DNA of 64,000 bases from Psammoneis japonica (lineage: Eukaryota). How positions within the stretch are numbered: position 1 is the first letter of the stretch; every line of letters begins with the position of its first letter. Under the pieces are notes generated by a model, which was not told where the DNA came from, did not search any database, and saw only the letters and a program-made list of their open reading frames with translations. The stretch spans positions 1-64,000 of the forward strand of contig QPGO01000203.1 of assembly GCA_008632985.1 (NCBI GenBank). The letters are read 5' to 3'. The translations under genes and the position numbers were made by a program. Positions 58,248-64,000 of the stretch are shown here, one piece after another.

Positions 58248-59365
58248 GCTCACCCCCGCGCTCATGCCTGCCCAGCCACGCCCCTGCCCACGGCGACGCA
58301 AGCGTCGCGCAAAGAAGAATCGCGCGACGACTCGCAGTTTCGAACTCCGGTATTCACGAACGACACGTACGTACGTACAATCTTACGTCCCAATTCTACG
58401 AATGACCGCCATGGTCGTTCCTCAAAAAAATCTTTGCTCATGTTTTTTTTCTGTCCGTCCGTGAGTGTGGTGTCGAAATTGCCGACGATACGATGGCGCA
58501 CCAGACCGCTCCCAGGGGCTTCTATTTTGTATACTACAATGTGTCCAATGCCTTCTATTAACACTGTCACACGTGATACAAGAAGCAGACTTTGTTTGAT
58601 GATGTGTGCAGTGGGGGGGGACACAACGGCGAAGCTAGTCAAGGATCTCAATTGATGAAATAATGCTTCCAAACAGGGGTAGCCATGTCTTATCCGATCT
58701 CTGTTATTGAAAAATCGGCGTGAATGCCATTCAGCTCTAAGCGACAAGCAAGTCGGTGTGAAGAAACCAGAACGTGGCTTGCTCTATCGCGTGTGGTTGG
58801 AACGCATTGCACCAACGTGACGGTCCGCGATGCTCACATTTTTGGAGATTATGCCGAGACGCAGAGAATGAACGAAACATACATGCAAGACAGGGTGCAT
58901 CTTTCCTAAATTTGTAATTGTTGAACAATAACGAGAAAAATGGAAGCGCCATAGAGGATAAGAAAAAGCAATACAACGAGAAAAGACAAGCCACAAGAAA
59001 AAAACGAGAATAGACCGATGAGTTGCAACAAGATTTGGATTACATATTGACTGTTGGTGAAGAGTGCACTTCAGAAAAGGAATTGCGTTATCTCTTGCTT
59101 GCCAAGGGTCGTGTTTCTGATTCTATTTGTATGACGGCTTTTTGAGCCGTCGGGGCGTATGCAGATTGCACAAGACATATTCAAGGCCACGGAGTGTCAA
59201 CAAGTGTACCGTAGATGGAACCAATTTGACCGTTATTGGGTTGCCGATTGTTTTGCTCTCATGAAGGATAAGGGAAACGAAATGAAGATAAAAACGCATT
59301 ATTGAATTGTTTTATTTTCCTCTGGTTCATTTCTCCAACATCCTCGCGTGTGTCTCTAGGTATAG

Positions 59366-60686
59366 ATGGTTGGGGGGGGAATAGAGACAGTCGGTAAGTA
59401 TCTCATTGAGGTATGGAAGGCTGCATATTCAAGTGGGCCTCGGAAGAAATCAGCAACCACGCCGACGCCTATATTGGCCTACCATGTTGGGTGTCGCTCG
59501 TTGCTTCAATGTGACTCGCATTTTAAAAAGTGTTGTCAAATCATGGGACGACTCGAGGGTGCACTCACGTCGACACAAGTCTTATATCCACTCCTGCAAT
59601 GAACGGACGTTTCCTTTTGAAAGGCGGATATTTGTAAACTCGGTGTTTATCAATGTAAAGTCAACATGTTGGCACGAGAGTACTGTGATGCTGCCAATGT
59701 TAAACGAAAACCCGTCATTTCGAGTCAAAATCACATGTTGTACGGATTAAAGGCGCCACAAGAATCCAACTTTTGATCTGGACAGTGCAATCTTTATGGA
59801 AGACACACGGCGGACGATGTTGAACGCAAAACCAAGGCAGCCTACTATCCAGTCAAGGAAGAACAAGAGAACAATATGCAGCAGCGGATACTATCAACAA
59901 CCTTGACGGAAGAAGCAGAGGAGGATGCTGGAAAGCAATCCATGCACTTGACCGTGGATACGTCAAAGAATCCGTGTCTGGATTACATCATTCAACACGT
60001 TATCGTTAGTCCGCCGTGTGAAACCTTTACAGAGGGCGGTAATACCTACACGGAGTACAGCGCCGTCAAGGCAGATTTCTCTTGGAGGGCACCATTTTAC
60101 CCGACCAACTCAAGGACGGTCTCATTGCCGAATTAAATCTTCGATACTGTAGAGCCCGTCCTTACACGTTTTGATACAGACTCTGCCACTGGTTCCAAAC
60201 CATCCGAGCTGGTCGTTTACAAGTCTATGACAACATTACTACTGTAGACCTACGCTGCCTTATGCTTTATGTCTATTGCTGCAGGACTAAGAGACTGCAT
60301 CATCAACAAAACGAACTGTGCATAATGACATTGTAGCTTACACCTTTTGTACAAACCGCCAAGAATGTATTCGCAATTACTTTGAATCGATGCAGCGCAA
60401 GTTTATGCTAGAGATAGAAGTAGTAAATCTCTGGAGTTCTACTATCCCCGGTGCGCAAACAACGAAGCTGGAGCTCAAAAAGGCGCACACTCTTATGCAA
60501 CACATAGCAAAGGCTTGGAATCGGAAACAAGGCCGTGATAACGTAGATTTTGGCAATTTCCCAAATTCTAACATGGCAAAAAAACCACCACCACCTCTCA
60601 TTTTCATGCAACCACGCATGTCCTTCCCTCCCTCGATTACAACTCGGCATGCCGGTCTTGTGTCGGCCCTTACCGAGGATGGCTGA
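59366..60686 (+). pseudogene. Possible decayed coding remnant, unidentified
   Basis: Protein-like ORF pieces separated by scattered stops. Confidence 0.25.
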
Positions 60687-61188
60687 CGACGAAAATGCAA
60701 TTTTTCGGCATTTTGACCATGTCGTGTAACCCAAACACGCCTATGAAATGGGTTATTTGACCCGCAAGGACAGCACCTTTGCCCATTTCAGTGCCATCGC
60801 TGAATCCGGCGTAACAAACTTAGTCGGAAACGACCCTGAGTTTACCGAGATCGGTCGAAAATGAAGGCGATATTCAAAAAGTGAGTATGCGTTGCATGCC
60901 TATGTTGTAAGCCTATTTTGGTGCATGACGATGCGAGTTGCGAAATTGGCTGAAAGCAGGAGGGGTAGAGGTGTCGCCATGGTTTCTCACGAAATGTTCA
61001 GAACACGTTTTTCGTTCTCTTCTTCAGTTTCCAGCTGAATTTTTAGAGCTCGTGGCGACCTCGTACATAAATTCCTACGCGATCTGAACTACTGGAACGA
61101 AACACGACTGGTCACTGTGCGCTCTATCTTGCTTGATGTCATTGCGGCTGGATCGTTCGCACATCACAACGGCTTCATTCATCGCACC

Positions 61189-63642
61189 ATGAAGACTCGC
61201 AGCGGTAATACAACACCCAACACAACCTCCACTACGCCACGACAGGTGGATGCTCCAGCTTTGTCAGCTGGTGGTTCAACAAGCCGTCCTCCGTCGGGCA
61301 AAGGGGCGGCTTCTGCGGGTCGTCCTCCGCTCGTACCAGTGCTCAGTACTGGTGCTACACGGAGCACGCGTAGAGGCGTTTCCTCCGCGAGTGGAGGCGT
61401 CCGTAAACGCAAAGGCATCTCCTCGAGTACCGGCAAGAGCTCCTCCAGCAAAAAGAAAGCCACTCAGAGCAAGGCGTCCTCAAGCAACCTCAGACCCCCG
61501 ACCAATCGGAAGACCCCAACCATGGCCGAGTGCGTAGAGATCCGTAAGCGCCTTTCTGATGGTTACAGGACAGTACGCTTTCCAATTTCAGGAGGCGGCA
61601 AGTCCAGACCAATCTCGATCAACAAATACGGAATGACAGATACGCCTTATTTTGGATTGCAGTTGGAGGCATCAATTGAGTTCGGCGGAAGGCCGACGTT
61701 GCCAGTCGACCATCCTAACCACGACGAGTGTTTGAAGCAGTGTATGGTGAACCGCCTGCCGCCGAGAGATATTCTATTCAACACTCTCGCCTCCAATGAA
61801 GCTCTTGCGGCTGAGCTTCGATCCAACGTCCACGACAAATATGATTTGGACAGCGACAAGTCGAGGAAGTTCAACATAATCGAAATTATTGCAGAAGCTC
61901 GCCGTGAGGCTTCCGGTGCCGGTATTATCGAGGACGGCGCAGTCGTGCAACAGCAGCAGCAGCAGAATCATGACCCAAGATGCTCTTCTCCCGCTGATGA
62001 CACAACCAAGAACCTAGCAGCACTCTCGGGAGTGGTGTACAACCTAGCCACTTCGCAGCAGAAGACTCAAGAACAGATCCACAGCACTCAAGAACAGCTC
62101 CACAGCACTCAAGAACAGCTCCAGGGCTTTCAAACTGCTTCCGTGGCACGTTTCACAACAATCGAGGCAGGACAGAAAGATCTCGAGAAAAGAGTGTGCC
62201 ATTTGGAAGAGTTGACTACAAGCAATGCCAAGAACTGGGCATCGTTTCAAGAGATAAGGGAGGAGTACCACCGCAATAGCCAAGAAATGGGAGGTTGCCG
62301 CCTCTTTGCCTCCCCGAGGACCTCTCCAAGCACCACGGTAGTTCAGCTTGATGACATTACGGTCGAAGAAGAAAGGTACCTTATGACTAAGTTTGATGGA
62401 CTCCTTGCTCCGAACTTCGATCCAACGCCACTCTCAGATGTTCATAAGGAAAATTTGGAACAGTTTAGTGGAGATCTCAAGGGTGCACCTCTAACTTCGA
62501 TGTCCGCCGAATTTTGTGAGTCGGACTTTATTATGCTCAAAGATCCATCCCTCCTTACGCATATGGAGTCTTTCACGGAGTTCTATGAGCAACTCGGCGA
62601 GAATTTCCTAGTCATTCCGTGCCCCGGAGATGATCAGTCGGCCGTGTATGTCGCGAATACTATCCAGGATACATTCACGGAGACCTTCCTTCCGGCTGTT
62701 GGAGGCGTGACGGTTCAATTTGATTTCACCGTTTTGAAGGGTGACTTGTCCTTGATGGTCCATGCGCCCTCGTCTCAAGCTGCAACTGACACCGTGGAAG
62801 CGCTTCGGCAGCTTGCTATGAATGGTCGTGCTCGGATTCGAGACATTGAAATTGAGGCGCGGTTTTCCGACTGCAACCAAAATGAGACCCCGATTGGTCT
62901 GCCCTTTCAGTCGGAGCGTTATGAGAGTACGGCGACGCAATGCTCCTTGGAATTGAAGAACGTTATTGTGGCTCCCGAGCAGATGCCCAACCTTGTCGCT
63001 AATTTTGAATTCATCAAGTTTGAAAATGCTTCTTTTTCGATCGATGGTGGAGGTGCTCTTGTTGACGCAATTACCAAACGCCAGCAGAATCATTCGTTGC
63101 AGCGCATAGAATGCCGCAACACTGTTCCTTTTGAAGAGGAACCTCTCCTGCGTCTAGTAAGGTGGCTTGGAGACGAGGGACGGCAGTCCTTCAAACTCGT
63201 TCTGCAGAATAGTACGTGTGCACTGACTCACTTCTGTAATCACATACGACGATGCAATTGTTACTCTGTACGTTTTCGCTGCTTCTAACTCGTCTCTTTC
63301 CTGCTTCTTTTAGGTACTGTGGGAACTTTGTGGGATGATATGCCTCTTGCCGTCATGAACGAGATTGAATCTCAGATTTCGACGGCGTTCGCGAACGGCA
63401 CCAAGTTGGCTCATCTTGAACTCGTGTACGAGGATGTCTCGAAGTCTTCCCTGCGGTCAGTGCTGGAGAGTGCTGTAAAGACTGCTTTCCAATCGGTTGA
63501 TGAGGAAAGCAACCGAGCTTTCCGGATGGTTCACGATGAAGACTTCCTACCTATCGTGATTAAGGGATCACGTGAAAAGGTGGCAAAAATCTCCACACGT
63601 GTGAAAGCTTGGGCTCACGAGGCTCTTGGCACTGTCGCATAA
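61189..63642 (+). CDS. Hypothetical protein with a basic low-complexity N-terminus, a heptad repeat and a possibly LRR-like C-terminus; intron 63212-63313
   Basis: A GTACGT..TTTTAG intron joins the ~700-aa ORF in frame to the 107-aa ORF; 21-bp tandem repeats encode (Q)LHSTQE. Confidence 0.8.
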
Positions 63643-64000
63643 AAGGAGCTACTGTGTTCCTCCTCTTTCTGCACTTTCGTTGATTCTACTCAGTGAAGAG
63701 GACTTCTATCTTCTACCTCTCTCTGCACTTCAGCTGCTGTACGAGTCATCGAGACTGTTTCTACTGACTGACAAAGACTTTCTCATCTTATGTGTATCTC
63801 TATACTTAAGCTGCAATGGGTAGCGAGTAGTTTGAAACTGCTTCTACCTATTGAAACGGACCTATAGCTTCTATGCATCTCTTCTATATTTTAGCTGCCG
63901 TAGTCAGTACCTTTTCGTTTGCTAATTTTCCAGCCTGTTGCGGCCCGACACCGAGGAATCAAGTATGTGAAAAGGGTGGTTCTTGAGCTTGCTACGGGGC

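Noticed and set aside
60318..60686. RecQ-like zinc-binding region (FCTN..CIRNYFE)
   Set aside because: No helicase motifs visible nearby

Overview
Eukaryotic nuclear DNA, most likely a pennate diatom (inferred from short GT-AG introns, a DUF6824-type gene and an ASAF-type plastid-targeting motif). Apparently intact host genes include an LRR/RNI-like protein, a Cys-less pentameric ligand-gated channel, an SGNH hydrolase, ClpS, an acetyl-CoA transporter, a DUF6824 protein and several orphans. They are interleaved with pseudogenes (METH, ABC1 kinase, Ser/Thr kinase) and nested transposons: a piggyBac with extra nuclease domains, a TTAA MITE, a Ty3/gypsy element, and a Harbinger-like element inside a TIR element carrying ThrRS fragments. 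The main signal is four sharply bounded tracts (~7.6-10.0, ~14.6-16.8, ~21.6-28.9 and ~46.2-52.3 kb) where TpA, and to a large extent CpG, has been converted to TpG/CpA on both strands. Internal controls (an LTR pair, an intact versus decayed copy of a host gene, conserved Tyr turned to Cys/His) point to a genomic, TE-focused hypermutation process opposite in direction to fungal RIP. All calls are by eye from motifs; no searches or counts were run, and many boundaries are approximate.
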